This document shows, piece after piece, positions 7,585 to 15,913 of a DNA stretch of 64,000 bases. Origin of the DNA: a virus; the IMG/VR virus record IMGVR_UViG_3300025572_000001, positions 1 to 64,000 of that record. One strand, written 5' to 3'. Both the position numbers and the translations under genes were made by a program. A model generated the notes under the pieces. It worked only from the letters and a program-made list of their open reading frames with translations, was not told the DNA's origin and did not search any database. Every line of letters starts with the position of its first letter. Positions within the stretch are counted from its first letter, which is position 1.

Positions 7585-7833
7585 ATGGCAGCAGGTAGTT
7601 TCTGGGGGGACCTAGTAAGGAACTTACGGGAAGAAAGCGGCATCTCTCAACGATCCCTGGCTGAAAGAGCCAAGGTCTGCCGCTCCACACTTCGGCGGAT
7701 TGAAGCCGGAGAAATCTCCGCCGATGTCGATACTCTTGAGCGTATTCTCAATGTTTTCGGGTATGAACTGGACGCTTTCAGCAGGACTGACGGAGGGCGC
7801 TGTCACGCAGATTCAGCCTATTGCTATCGGTAA
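7585..7833 (+). CDS. XRE-family helix-turn-helix transcriptional regulator
   Basis: SGISQRSLAERAKVCRSTLRRIEAGE is a classic Cro/C1-type HTH. 82 aa. Confidence 0.75.
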   Translation: MAAGSFWGDLVRNLREESGISQRSLAERAKVCRSTLRRIEAGEISADVDTLERILNVFGYELDAFSRTDGGRCHADSAYCYR

Positions 7834-7853
7834 TTCGTAAGTTAGTGTCGGGT

Positions 7854-7869
7854 TGAAATTCCAATTTCA
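7854..7869. repeat. 16-bp near-palindrome TGAAATT-CC-AATTTCA
   Basis: Variant half-sites separated by 2 extra central bases. It overlaps CACGGAGG (7868..7875) just upstream of ATG 7878. Confidence 0.8.
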
Positions 7870-7877
7870 CGGAGGAA

Positions 7878-8396
7878 ATGGAGATGCCTGACATCGAAGC
7901 TCCAGACATCAACGAACTTTACCAGCTGTGCGACTTCGCGGAAACGCGACTGGAGCAGCTCGCTGGTGCCACTGATTTTGATGACGGCGGGGATGATGAT
8001 CCGCCGTCCGAGTGGGAGTGGGGCTGTCTGAACAAGACCCGCGCATGGCTGAAACAGCTCAAGGAAATCACGCCCGAGCAGGAGATCGACATGGCCATGG
8101 CCGTGCTCAAGAAGTACCGGGAAAGCCACGGCGTGATGGTCGTTCTCGACCTTTCGACCGATCATCTGTCCCAGGAAACGAAGCTTGCGTGGCTGGATGG
8201 GAAGCTGGAGCCGTATCTGACCTACAGGTACGATGATACGGGCTGGTGGTTGTGGACCTGCGCCGGGGAGCCGGAGTTAGAGAAGGTCCCCGAGGATTTG
8301 CAGACCATCATTAGGAAAGCCTCGGAGATTGGGTACGAGTGGATACGATTCGACAAGTATTCGCCCCGAGCTCATGGTTTTCCGGTTTACGAGTGA
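7878..8396 (+). CDS. acidic hypothetical protein
   Basis: 172-aa ORF. CACGGAGG precedes the ATG. D/E/W-rich. Confidence 0.6.
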   Translation: MEMPDIEAPDINELYQLCDFAETRLEQLAGATDFDDGGDDDPPSEWEWGCLNKTRAWLKQLKEITPEQEIDMAMAVLKKYRESHGVMVVLDLSTDHLSQETKLAWLDGKLEPYLTYRYDDTGWWLWTCAGEPELEKVPEDLQTIIRKASEIGYEWIRFDKYSPRAHGFPVYE

Positions 8397-8417
8397 AGTT
8401 AATTGCAAGGTATCGTA

Positions 8418-8750
8418 ATGCTGACAGTGATGTCGTTTGGGTTCAAATTTGGGACGCCAAGAGCGGATCACGTGATTGACTGCCGAGATATCGTCAACCC
8501 TCACCGGCACCCGAAGTACAAGCCGCTTACCGGATTGAACAAGGCCGTACAGGATTACGTGATGGCTGACCGGAAGGCGCAAAATATCCTGCGGGAGGCG
8601 TCCGAGCTTTATTTGAAGGATGGGAAGATCGTGGCTTTCGGGTGCCTCGGTGGTCGCCATCGTTCCGTTGCTCTTGCCGAGAAATTCGCCGCCCTGGCTA
8701 CTGAAAGGGGGCTCACTGTGCGGGTGATTCACCGAGAACTTTCCGCTTGA
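8418..8750 (+). CDS. RapZ (YhbJ) C-terminal-domain-like protein, stand-alone
   Basis: MSFGFKFGTPRADHVIDCRDIVNPH..KPLTGL..VAFGCLGGRHRSVALAE parallels E. coli RapZ VSFGFKYGIP..DVRFLPNPH..RPMTGLD..IGCTGGKHRSVYIAE (memory). The N-terminal P-loop domain is absent. Confidence 0.75.
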   Translation: MLTVMSFGFKFGTPRADHVIDCRDIVNPHRHPKYKPLTGLNKAVQDYVMADRKAQNILREASELYLKDGKIVAFGCLGGRHRSVALAEKFAALATERGLTVRVIHRELSA

Positions 8751-8803
8751 TTCGGCAGTATCGGGTGAGAAAGTCGAGGTGTAGAACAAATATTGGTGAG
8801 GCA

Positions 8804-9943
8804 ATGGCAGAGCAGACGACTCTTTTCGGAAAGACGCTGGTTGAGGAGATTCAGGACAAGCTCATCGAGGACATAAAGGAGTATGAGTTTGTAAAGCAGA
8901 ATACGGTCTTGAAGACGCCTGGCAACAAGTGGCGGGTGGCTTCGGCGTTGCAGAAGGCCATTCGTCGCGGTCAGGTGGAGATGGCCCTTAAAACCGCGCA
9001 CGCGATCCACGGGTTTGAACCGGATTATGTGTGGCGGCGACTCTGTACGGTGGTCATGGAAGAAGTCGGCGTTGCTGACATTGATCTTTGCGCTCGATAT
9101 CTCTGGGTGGCCACGAATAAGACGTGGCGGAACAAAAATGGAGGGAGCCTGCAATTCCTCTACATGCTGGTCGAGCAGATGTGTCGGTCACTGAAGGACC
9201 GGAACTCGTGCGATCTACCTGTGATTGGGCAGATTGACCCGGCCATGGAAGAGCATCGTAAGGCTGCCAAGGACCTGACAGCTGATCAACTGGCTGAGGT
9301 TGTGGCTGACAATGACGTGCCAATCGAGAACAGGGCTCTGGCCGCACAGGCACTCGGCTGTTGGGATCACCCGAATTTCACGAAAACTCATGGAGGTCAC
9401 GTTTATCTGGAGGCTCTGAAGGCGGCTGGAATCCCTGATAAGGTTATCGAGGTGGCCAAGATGGGTAGGCAGAAGCAGTACGAGTGGATGCCTTATGGTA
9501 TTCCGTTCGTATGGCAGCTAGCCGAAAAGGCGAAGCAGGAAAATTCCCTGACTTGGGAGCCTGATGAGCTTACGCAGTTGCCGCTGGTGGCAGGTCTTCC
9601 ATCGGAGGCGTTTGACCGGCACAATCAGGAGGGAAACCGCAGCCTTGCCTATTTCTTCAAGGCATGTGAGCCGGTCCGAGAGACTTACATTGAACTTTTG
9701 GGGCCAGATAAGGCCAAGTGCCTGAATGCCCTCGGTGCCGTCCTTTTCCGAGTGGAGGGGCATCAGGTGGATCGAAGGCTGGTTTATCCTGGATCGAAGG
9801 AAATCGACCGGACGGCTCGGATTGGCGATCTTTGGTATAATGGGGTTATCCCCGAACACCAGCAGAAGCTGATGGAAGTCACCGCCGCCCATTTGGATGA
9901 TCTCCACAAGGCAAGGGTGAGAGTGGTATCACCCACCCCATAG
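8804..9943 (+). CDS. protein with a RarA/MgsA C-terminal-like domain, no AAA+ ATPase module
   Basis: ASALQKAIRRGQVEMALKTAHAI..YVWRRLCTVVMEEVGVADIDL resembles the MgsA_C segment [41 protein letters not shown] (memory). No Walker A was seen. Confidence 0.5.
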   Translation: MAEQTTLFGKTLVEEIQDKLIEDIKEYEFVKQNTVLKTPGNKWRVASALQKAIRRGQVEMALKTAHAIHGFEPDYVWRRLCTVVMEEVGVADIDLCARYLWVATNKTWRNKNGGSLQFLYMLVEQMCRSLKDRNSCDLPVIGQIDPAMEEHRKAAKDLTADQLAEVVADNDVPIENRALAAQALGCWDHPNFTKTHGGHVYLEALKAAGIPDKVIEVAKMGRQKQYEWMPYGIPFVWQLAEKAKQENSLTWEPDELTQLPLVAGLPSEAFDRHNQEGNRSLAYFFKACEPVRETYIELLGPDKAKCLNALGAVLFRVEGHQVDRRLVYPGSKEIDRTARIGDLWYNGVIPEHQQKLMEVTAAHLDDLHKARVRVVSPTP

Positions 9944-9981
9944 ACTTTTACCTCTGGACAGACTAGAACCGCATGGTAATT

Positions 9982-9995
9982 TGCAATTAATTGCA
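9982..9995. repeat. exact 14-bp palindrome TGCAATTAATTGCA
   Basis: Intergenic, 26 nt upstream of ATG 10022. Confidence 0.95.
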
Positions 9996-10021
9996 ATAGC
10001 ATGACACGGAGGTTGTAATCC

Positions 10022-10966
10022 ATGCGGGTTCTAGTAGCTGGCGGTGCCGGTTTCATCGGTCTTCACCTTGTAAAGGCTCTCCTCGATGAGGGGCACCAAG
10101 TCAGTGTCATCGACAATTTCCTGACGGGTTGGCCTGTTGAGGATGCGAGGCGTTTCCTCGGGAATAGAGGGCCGGAGGTCGAGTTCCACGATATGGATAT
10201 CAAGGGTCTTTTCGGTCAGTGGGACTTTGATCTGATCTATAACCTGGCTTGCCCTGCCTCGCCCATCCACTACCAGAAGGATCGAGTTGACACGCTCATG
10301 ACGAGCGTTCTGGGGACGTATAACCTGCTTATGTTGGCACACGCGACCGGAGCCAGATTCGTTCAGGCGTCCACGTCCGAGATTTACGGCGACCCAGAGG
10401 TTCATCCGCAGGCGGAGACTTATGTCGGGCATGTGAACCCGATTGGTCCTCGGGCCTGCTATGACGAGGGCAAGCGAGCCGCTGAAACGCTCTGCTTCGA
10501 CTTCCGGCGAGACAGGGGGGTTGATGCCAGGGTGGTGCGCATCTTCAACACCTATGGCCCGTGGATGCACGAGGAAGACGGGCGGCTGGTCAACACGTTC
10601 GTGCAACAGGCTTTGAAGGAAGAGCCGATCACGGTTTTCGGCACCGGTCAGCAGACCCGCTCGCTTTGCTATGTGGATGACCTGGTGCGTGGCCTGGTGA
10701 TGGTCGGAATGATTGACCATCTGGACGTTCCGGTGAACCTCGGCAATCCCGCCGAGTATACGGTTCTCTCCATCGCTGAGCGTGTACGAGACTTCCTCGG
10801 TAGCAAGTCGCCCATCGTATTCAAACCGCTTCCCGCTGATGATCCGAAACAGCGTAGGCCGGACATTTCTAGGGCTCAGAAGATGCTCAACTGGACGCCG
10901 ACAATTCCGTTCGATGTCGGCCTGGAGCTCACGGTATGCTACTTCAAAGAGGTTCTGGATAAATGA
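10022..10966 (+). CDS. UDP-glucuronate decarboxylase (UDP-xylose synthase)-like SDR
   Basis: GGAGFIG Rossmann motif. ASTSEIYGDPEVHPQ, HVNPIGPRACYDEGKRAAE (YxxxK) and VRIFNTYGP are near-identical to conserved UXS blocks (memory). Confidence 0.88.
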   Translation: MRVLVAGGAGFIGLHLVKALLDEGHQVSVIDNFLTGWPVEDARRFLGNRGPEVEFHDMDIKGLFGQWDFDLIYNLACPASPIHYQKDRVDTLMTSVLGTYNLLMLAHATGARFVQASTSEIYGDPEVHPQAETYVGHVNPIGPRACYDEGKRAAETLCFDFRRDRGVDARVVRIFNTYGPWMHEEDGRLVNTFVQQALKEEPITVFGTGQQTRSLCYVDDLVRGLVMVGMIDHLDVPVNLGNPAEYTVLSIAERVRDFLGSKSPIVFKPLPADDPKQRRPDISRAQKMLNWTPTIPFDVGLELTVCYFKEVLDK

Positions 10967-12030
10967 GCACCGTCATTGTTACGGGGGCTGGGGGCCTGAT
11001 CGGCTCCGAGGCCGTTCGTCATTTTGTCAAAGAGCATCGCGTCATTGGCATCGACAATGACGCTCGTGCTTCATTCTTCGGGTCGGACGCTTCGACAGAA
11101 TGGCAGCTGCGTAAGCTGAAGGAAGAGTTCGGGCCCAAGTTCGTCCGGGTCAATCTGGATATCACAGATACTACTGGCGTTGAGGCCCTTTTCTCTGGTT
11201 GCCGGAATGACATTGTTGCCGTGGTTCACTGCGCGGCTCAGCCCTCCCATGACTGGGCGGCCAAGGCACCGCACACGGATTTTCGTGTGAACGCACATGG
11301 CACCTTGAACCTGCTGGAGGCCGTCAGGGTTTTCACCCCGAATGCGGTGTTCGTTCATCTGTCCACGAACAAGGTATACGGCGACCGACCGAACTATTTG
11401 CCGCTGATCGAGAAGGCGACACGGTTCGATCTGCCGTACTCCGATCCGATGTTTGACGGTGTGGACGAGCAGATGAGCATCGACCACACCAAGCACAGCC
11501 TTTTCGGTGTCAGCAAGGCGTCCGCCGACCTCTACGTGCAGGAGTATGGTCGATATTTCGGGTTGAAGACCGTTGCCCTTCGCGGTGGTTGTCTGACCGG
11601 TCCGGCGCATTCAGGCACCAAGCTGCACGGGTTCCTGTCTTACCTGGTTAAGTGCGCAGTGACCGGAGAGACCTACACGATCATCGGTTACGGCGGAAAG
11701 CAGGTTCGAGACAACATTCACTCCGCCGACCTGATTGAGGCAGTGGATCGCATTGTCAGGAAGCCGCCTGAGCCGGGCACCGTGTTCAACATCGGTGGAG
11801 GGCGGGAGAACTCAGTCTCCATCCTCGAAGCCATTGACACGGTGCAGCACATCCTCGGCGTCGAAATGAAGGTAGAGTTCAACCCGACTCCGCGCATCGG
11901 GGATCACAAGTGGTACATCACGAACAACCGTAAGCTGATGGATGCCTATCCTGGTTGGTCACCTAAGACCTCGGTGCGGCAGACCATCGAAGAAATATGC
12001 GAGGCCATGAAGGTTCGTTGGGGTAAGTGA
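10963..12030 (+). CDS. NAD-dependent sugar epimerase/dehydratase (CDP-paratose 2-epimerase-like SDR)
   Basis: TGAGGLIGS Rossmann motif. STNKVYGD, SKASADLYVQEYGRYFGL (YxxxK region) and NIGGGRENSVS blocks. Confidence 0.8.
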   Translation: MSTVIVTGAGGLIGSEAVRHFVKEHRVIGIDNDARASFFGSDASTEWQLRKLKEEFGPKFVRVNLDITDTTGVEALFSGCRNDIVAVVHCAAQPSHDWAAKAPHTDFRVNAHGTLNLLEAVRVFTPNAVFVHLSTNKVYGDRPNYLPLIEKATRFDLPYSDPMFDGVDEQMSIDHTKHSLFGVSKASADLYVQEYGRYFGLKTVALRGGCLTGPAHSGTKLHGFLSYLVKCAVTGETYTIIGYGGKQVRDNIHSADLIEAVDRIVRKPPEPGTVFNIGGGRENSVSILEAIDTVQHILGVEMKVEFNPTPRIGDHKWYITNNRKLMDAYPGWSPKTSVRQTIEEICEAMKVRWGK

Positions 12031-12031
12031 T

Positions 12032-13528
12032 ATGGTCAAGCTTCTGTTCGATCCGATCACGACCAATGACCCGCAGTTCTGCGTCATGAACTTCAAGATG
12101 CAGCAGGCTGCGAGGTTCCTGATTGAGTGGCGGGATGACCTGTTCATCCGCTACATCCTGCCGGAACGTGTCAGTGATGACGCTCAGGAGTGGGTTATTA
12201 ATAATGACTGGCTGTTCCACCACCCGCAGATCGAATACATCAAGGTCCCCACGTTCAAGGATCGCATGAAGGAATACTACCGCTATTGCGACAAGCTGTG
12301 GTGGTTGACGCGGTTCAACGGTCCTCTCTGGGACACAGATATTATCCTGACGTGTCGGGTTCCCATGGTTCCGGCCTACAAGGCCAATATGAAGGGAATC
12401 CGGTCACCGAACCATCGCTTCTCCCGTAAGGTGGTGGTCATCGACGATATGCCGGTCATGTCGTTCAAGGAGAACGTGGGGCAATCTCAGCCAGACGTTC
12501 AGGACCTGCAACATGTAGCGGCGTATCTGGCGTCGGACCTCAACTTGTTCATCAACCCGTGGGAACGGGATCAGATGCTGCAAGTGGCCCGGAAATGGAT
12601 CACACCCAGCCGGGTTCGGGAACTCTCTGAGAAATCCTTGTACTCGATACCGGTTCGCATTGATGCAGTTAATTGCAAACCGGAAGAGATTGTCAGGAAG
12701 ACCCATAACCGGGAAAAGGATTTCGTTCTCGGGTACACGCAGCGGTTCGAGGTGACACACAGGCGCTCGACCGACGTGCTCAAGACCATGGAGAAGCATT
12801 GGATTTACCGTGGTGGTCGGACGAAGGTTCGTTTCGTCTGCACGTCCAACTCCAAAGCTGTGAAGACGGGAGGGGTCGAGACCGAGGGTATTGAGTTCAG
12901 GCGTCCTCCCCGCGAGGAGTTCTGGCGGATGATGCGGGAAGAGGTGGACCTGATCCTCGTTTTCACCCGTGATGATGGATACACGTTATCCCTCATGGAA
13001 CCGCTTGTTCAGGGTACTCCTGCTGTGGTTCACAGGGCTCCATATGCCGAGGCCATGCTCGGAAAGGACTACCCGTTCTTCGTCGGGGGCGACAACGAAG
13101 CCTACGCCCTCGTAAAGGCATTCATGGATGACTACGCGGGGCTCTATGAGAGGTTCAAGGAATGGCAGCAGACCAAGCTTCTGCCGCTCCTGCTTGAGCG
13201 TAATGAGAACTGGTTCCCTCTACAGCTGAAGAAGTTCATCGAGGATTACGACGCTGAGGCTAAGGAAAAAATCAAGGCCGTAACAGCCGAGAACGAGATC
13301 GAACACTTCCTGATGCAGAAGGACGAGTTCGTCATGTTGGATCGCCTTATCGAAGGTAGGGAAGAAGGCGTTATCCGTTCATTGGCCGACGAAACAGCGG
13401 AAAGTAAGCGGTTCAAGGTAGCCACGACTTTCGCAACCGATCTGAACACGTACAGGACTGGCTTGATTTACCGGGAAGGCTATAGGGACGCTTCGATAAA
13501 GCCTGGCCACCTCAAGAGAGTGAAATAA
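12032..13528 (+). CDS. putative GT-B glycosyltransferase-like protein
   Basis: The C-terminal half has DGYTLSLMEPLVQGTPAVV, like the GT4 E-x-FG-x-x-x-x-E-A-x-x-x-G-x-P-V-V block. The N-terminal half is unrecognised. Confidence 0.45.
   Translation: MVKLLFDPITTNDPQFCVMNFKMQQAARFLIEWRDDLFIRYILPERVSDDAQEWVINNDWLFHHPQIEYIKVPTFKDRMKEYYRYCDKLWWLTRFNGPLWDTDIILTCRVPMVPAYKANMKGIRSPNHRFSRKVVVIDDMPVMSFKENVGQSQPDVQDLQHVAAYLASDLNLFINPWERDQMLQVARKWITPSRVRELSEKSLYSIPVRIDAVNCKPEEIVRKTHNREKDFVLGYTQRFEVTHRRSTDVLKTMEKHWIYRGGRTKVRFVCTSNSKAVKTGGVETEGIEFRRPPREEFWRMMREEVDLILVFTRDDGYTLSLMEPLVQGTPAVVHRAPYAEAMLGKDYPFFVGGDNEAYALVKAFMDDYAGLYERFKEWQQTKLLPLLLERNENWFPLQLKKFIEDYDAEAKEKIKAVTAENEIEHFLMQKDEFVMLDRLIEGREEGVIRSLADETAESKRFKVATTFATDLNTYRTGLIYREGYRDASIKPGHLKRVK
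12664..12677. repeat. 1-mismatch palindrome copy TGCAgTTAATTGCA
   Basis: Intragenic; encodes DAVNCK. Confidence 0.9.
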
Positions 13529-14565
13529 TGGAAAAGCCGGAAATCGCAGTGTTGCGACGATTCACACCTGGGATCAGCGTGACTCTTATCGCAGATGAGT
13601 TCACGCGATACTTCAGGGAGAAAGGCCACAAGGTCGTTGAAATAGACACAAAGGACAGAGGCTTCGATTTCAGTCCGTGCCACAAACGGCATGTTCTTTC
13701 ATTGGACGAAGCGGCTCTTCCCGACATGTTGGCTCGAACCCTATACACCTTCCCGAGGCGGGTGGTTTCTCTATGGGTCAACAATTGGGAGGAAATCTCC
13801 CTGATTCAGCAGATGAGCTACCTCAGCTGTTTCATGAAGCCCAAGGTGAACAGCGCCACGGTAGTCCATGTAAGTCATTCGCATTACACGGACAGGATCA
13901 TCAAGGACTTCGCAAGAAAGCATCTGGCTCCCTCGGTCACGAGGGGCCTCGAAAGCCGGATGAAGGTCAATCTGTTCGGGATTGGCAGTGAGTTCCAGTC
14001 AAGACATCAGAACGACCCTGACAAGCTGATCGTACCGTACAACCGTGTGAACCAGTCGCAGAAGAACATTCAGTTGCACGTGGAGGTAACGCGGCAGTAC
14101 CTGGCGATGGAGGCGAGAAGGGGTCGCAAGCCGACCGTCGATTTCTTCTACTCCGCGAAGTTTGCGCCGGATCGTAAGGCGTATGACGTGGGCGGGGATG
14201 TCTACACCTACATCCCGCAGTACGAGCGGCAGAAGTTCGTGGAGGCGATCCCGAATTACGGCATGTTCTTGTCCACGTCGCTGTTTGAGAGCTTCGGTAT
14301 CTACTACCTAGAACTGCTAGCAAGCGGCGTGGTCGGGGTGTTCCTCGACAAACCTTGGGTACGTCAGCTGCTGCCGAACTACCGGTTCATTGCGCCCAAG
14401 GGCGATCTCGCTGGGCTGATGTCGTGGGTGCGGGAGAATTACGAAGAGGCTTCCGCTTATGTCCACGATGAGGTCATCCCGTTCATTCGGGAGACCTATT
14501 CGTTTGAGCGTTTCTGCGCCGACCTCCTGAAGGAAGTGGTTGGTGCTGATGAGCATGGAGGTTGA
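13528..14565 (+). CDS. GT-B (GT1/GT4-like) glycosyltransferase
   Basis: MFLSTSLFESFGIYYLELLASGVVGV matches the GT4 motif S-x-x-E-x-FG-x-x-x-x-E-A-x-A-x-G. Confidence 0.6.
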   Translation: MEKPEIAVLRRFTPGISVTLIADEFTRYFREKGHKVVEIDTKDRGFDFSPCHKRHVLSLDEAALPDMLARTLYTFPRRVVSLWVNNWEEISLIQQMSYLSCFMKPKVNSATVVHVSHSHYTDRIIKDFARKHLAPSVTRGLESRMKVNLFGIGSEFQSRHQNDPDKLIVPYNRVNQSQKNIQLHVEVTRQYLAMEARRGRKPTVDFFYSAKFAPDRKAYDVGGDVYTYIPQYERQKFVEAIPNYGMFLSTSLFESFGIYYLELLASGVVGVFLDKPWVRQLLPNYRFIAPKGDLAGLMSWVRENYEEASAYVHDEVIPFIRETYSFERFCADLLKEVVGADEHGG

Positions 14566-14566
14566 T

Positions 14567-15346
14567 GTGAACATTGTCATTTATGGGAAGGGTGTCACAG
14601 GCTTTGCCACGGGCACTATGCTGGAGAACGCAGGTTGTGCAGTTTTCTACAACGACCCGCCCAAGGGCATTCATGTGTCGGCAGGTGTTGAGCCTGACTG
14701 GGTTTTCATCTGTGTCCCGACCCCGACTGGGGACCTGAGTTACGTCCGAGCCGCTGCGCGTGACGCGGCGAAGAAGTACGAGGGGGTGCCGATTGTGATC
14801 CGCTCCACGGTTCCGCCTGGGACGCATGACATCCTGTGCAAGGATAACCCGCAGGCGGACTTCGTGATGATGCCGGAGTTCCTGCGTGAGAAGACAGCGG
14901 TCGAGGACGCCCTCCGCAAGGATCGTGCGGTGTTCGCTGCACCAAATGTCTATATTGCCTCGCGCTTCTACCGGTTCCTGCTCGACGTTGGGTTCACGGG
15001 CATTCAGGAGGTATCTGTCGCAGAGGCTGAGCTGATCAAGTTCCTGACGAACGGCCTCATCGCCGTGAAGGTGGCTTTCGCCAACGTTATATACTCGCTG
15101 GCCCAGGCGACCGGAGCGGACTACCAGACGCTGCTTTCGCTTCTGGAGGCGGATGGCCGGTTCGGCATGTATGGCCTGAAGGTGCCTGGTGATCACGGCC
15201 TTGGTTACGCCGGAATGTGCCTCCCGAAAGACATGGGGTGGCTGAAGCTGGCGCTCGAACAGTACGGCATCGACCTCGGTGCGGATGTGATTCAGGGCAT
15301 TCAGGACTACAACACTGAGCTTCGTGCGCGGCAGCACTGCAATTAA
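14567..15346 (+). CDS. UDP-glucose/GDP-mannose 6-dehydrogenase-like protein, short form lacking the C-terminal UDP-binding domain
   Basis: VIYGKGVTGFATG Rossmann motif. AELIKFLTNGLIAVKVAFANVIYSLAQATGADY central-domain block. Catalytic-Cys block GYAGMCLPKD. GTG 14567 lies 5 nt after GGAGG. About 259 aa. Confidence 0.72.
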   Translation: MNIVIYGKGVTGFATGTMLENAGCAVFYNDPPKGIHVSAGVEPDWVFICVPTPTGDLSYVRAAARDAAKKYEGVPIVIRSTVPPGTHDILCKDNPQADFVMMPEFLREKTAVEDALRKDRAVFAAPNVYIASRFYRFLLDVGFTGIQEVSVAEAELIKFLTNGLIAVKVAFANVIYSLAQATGADYQTLLSLLEADGRFGMYGLKVPGDHGLGYAGMCLPKDMGWLKLALEQYGIDLGADVIQGIQDYNTELRARQHCN

Positions 15347-15351
15347 TTGCA
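15338..15351. repeat. exact 14-bp palindrome TGCAATTAATTGCA
   Basis: Straddles the stop at 15344..15346, 12 nt before GTG 15364. Confidence 0.95.
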
Positions 15352-15363
15352 AGGGGGACGACC

Positions 15364-15813
15364 GTGATAGCGAGCGGACAGCTTTTGCGAGAACTCCAGC
15401 CGATCAAGCCGTTCTGTGAGCGGACCAAGTTCAACGGGATGACCTACGGCGTTGGTCCGGCTGGTTATGACGTTCGCATTGACCAGAATTTGACGCTGAT
15501 TCCCGGCGACTTCTCACTCGCCTCCACCATGGAAGAGTTCGACATGCCCGACACCCTGTTGGGCATAGTCCATGACAAGAGCACGTGGGCTCGCCTGGGT
15601 CTGGCTGTCCAGAACACCGTGATTGAACCTGGTTGGAAAGGGTTCCTGACGTTGGAGCTCACGAACCACGGGAAGAACTTGATCCGTATCGAGAAGGGTA
15701 CGCCGATTGCCCAGATCATCTTCCACTTCACCGACAGGCCGGTGGAGCACCCTTACGATGGCAAGTATCAGCATCAGGCGAGAGGGCCGCAGCCAGCCAT
15801 TCTGGAGCGGTAA
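15364..15813 (+). CDS. dcd: dCTP deaminase / dUTPase-superfamily protein
   Basis: GPAGYDVRI and HDKSTWARLGLAVQNTVIEPGWKGFLTLELTNHG match Dcd-family blocks (memory). Confidence 0.75.
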   Translation: MIASGQLLRELQPIKPFCERTKFNGMTYGVGPAGYDVRIDQNLTLIPGDFSLASTMEEFDMPDTLLGIVHDKSTWARLGLAVQNTVIEPGWKGFLTLELTNHGKNLIRIEKGTPIAQIIFHFTDRPVEHPYDGKYQHQARGPQPAILER

Positions 15814-15913
15814 GTGGTCTGAGTTTTACGCCAGTTAGGGTTTAGCAGGCTGCCGCAGTCGCGTAGATTGTGGCAGCTTGTCTTTGAAGCTGTCCCTAAC
15901 ATGGAGGTTGGCC

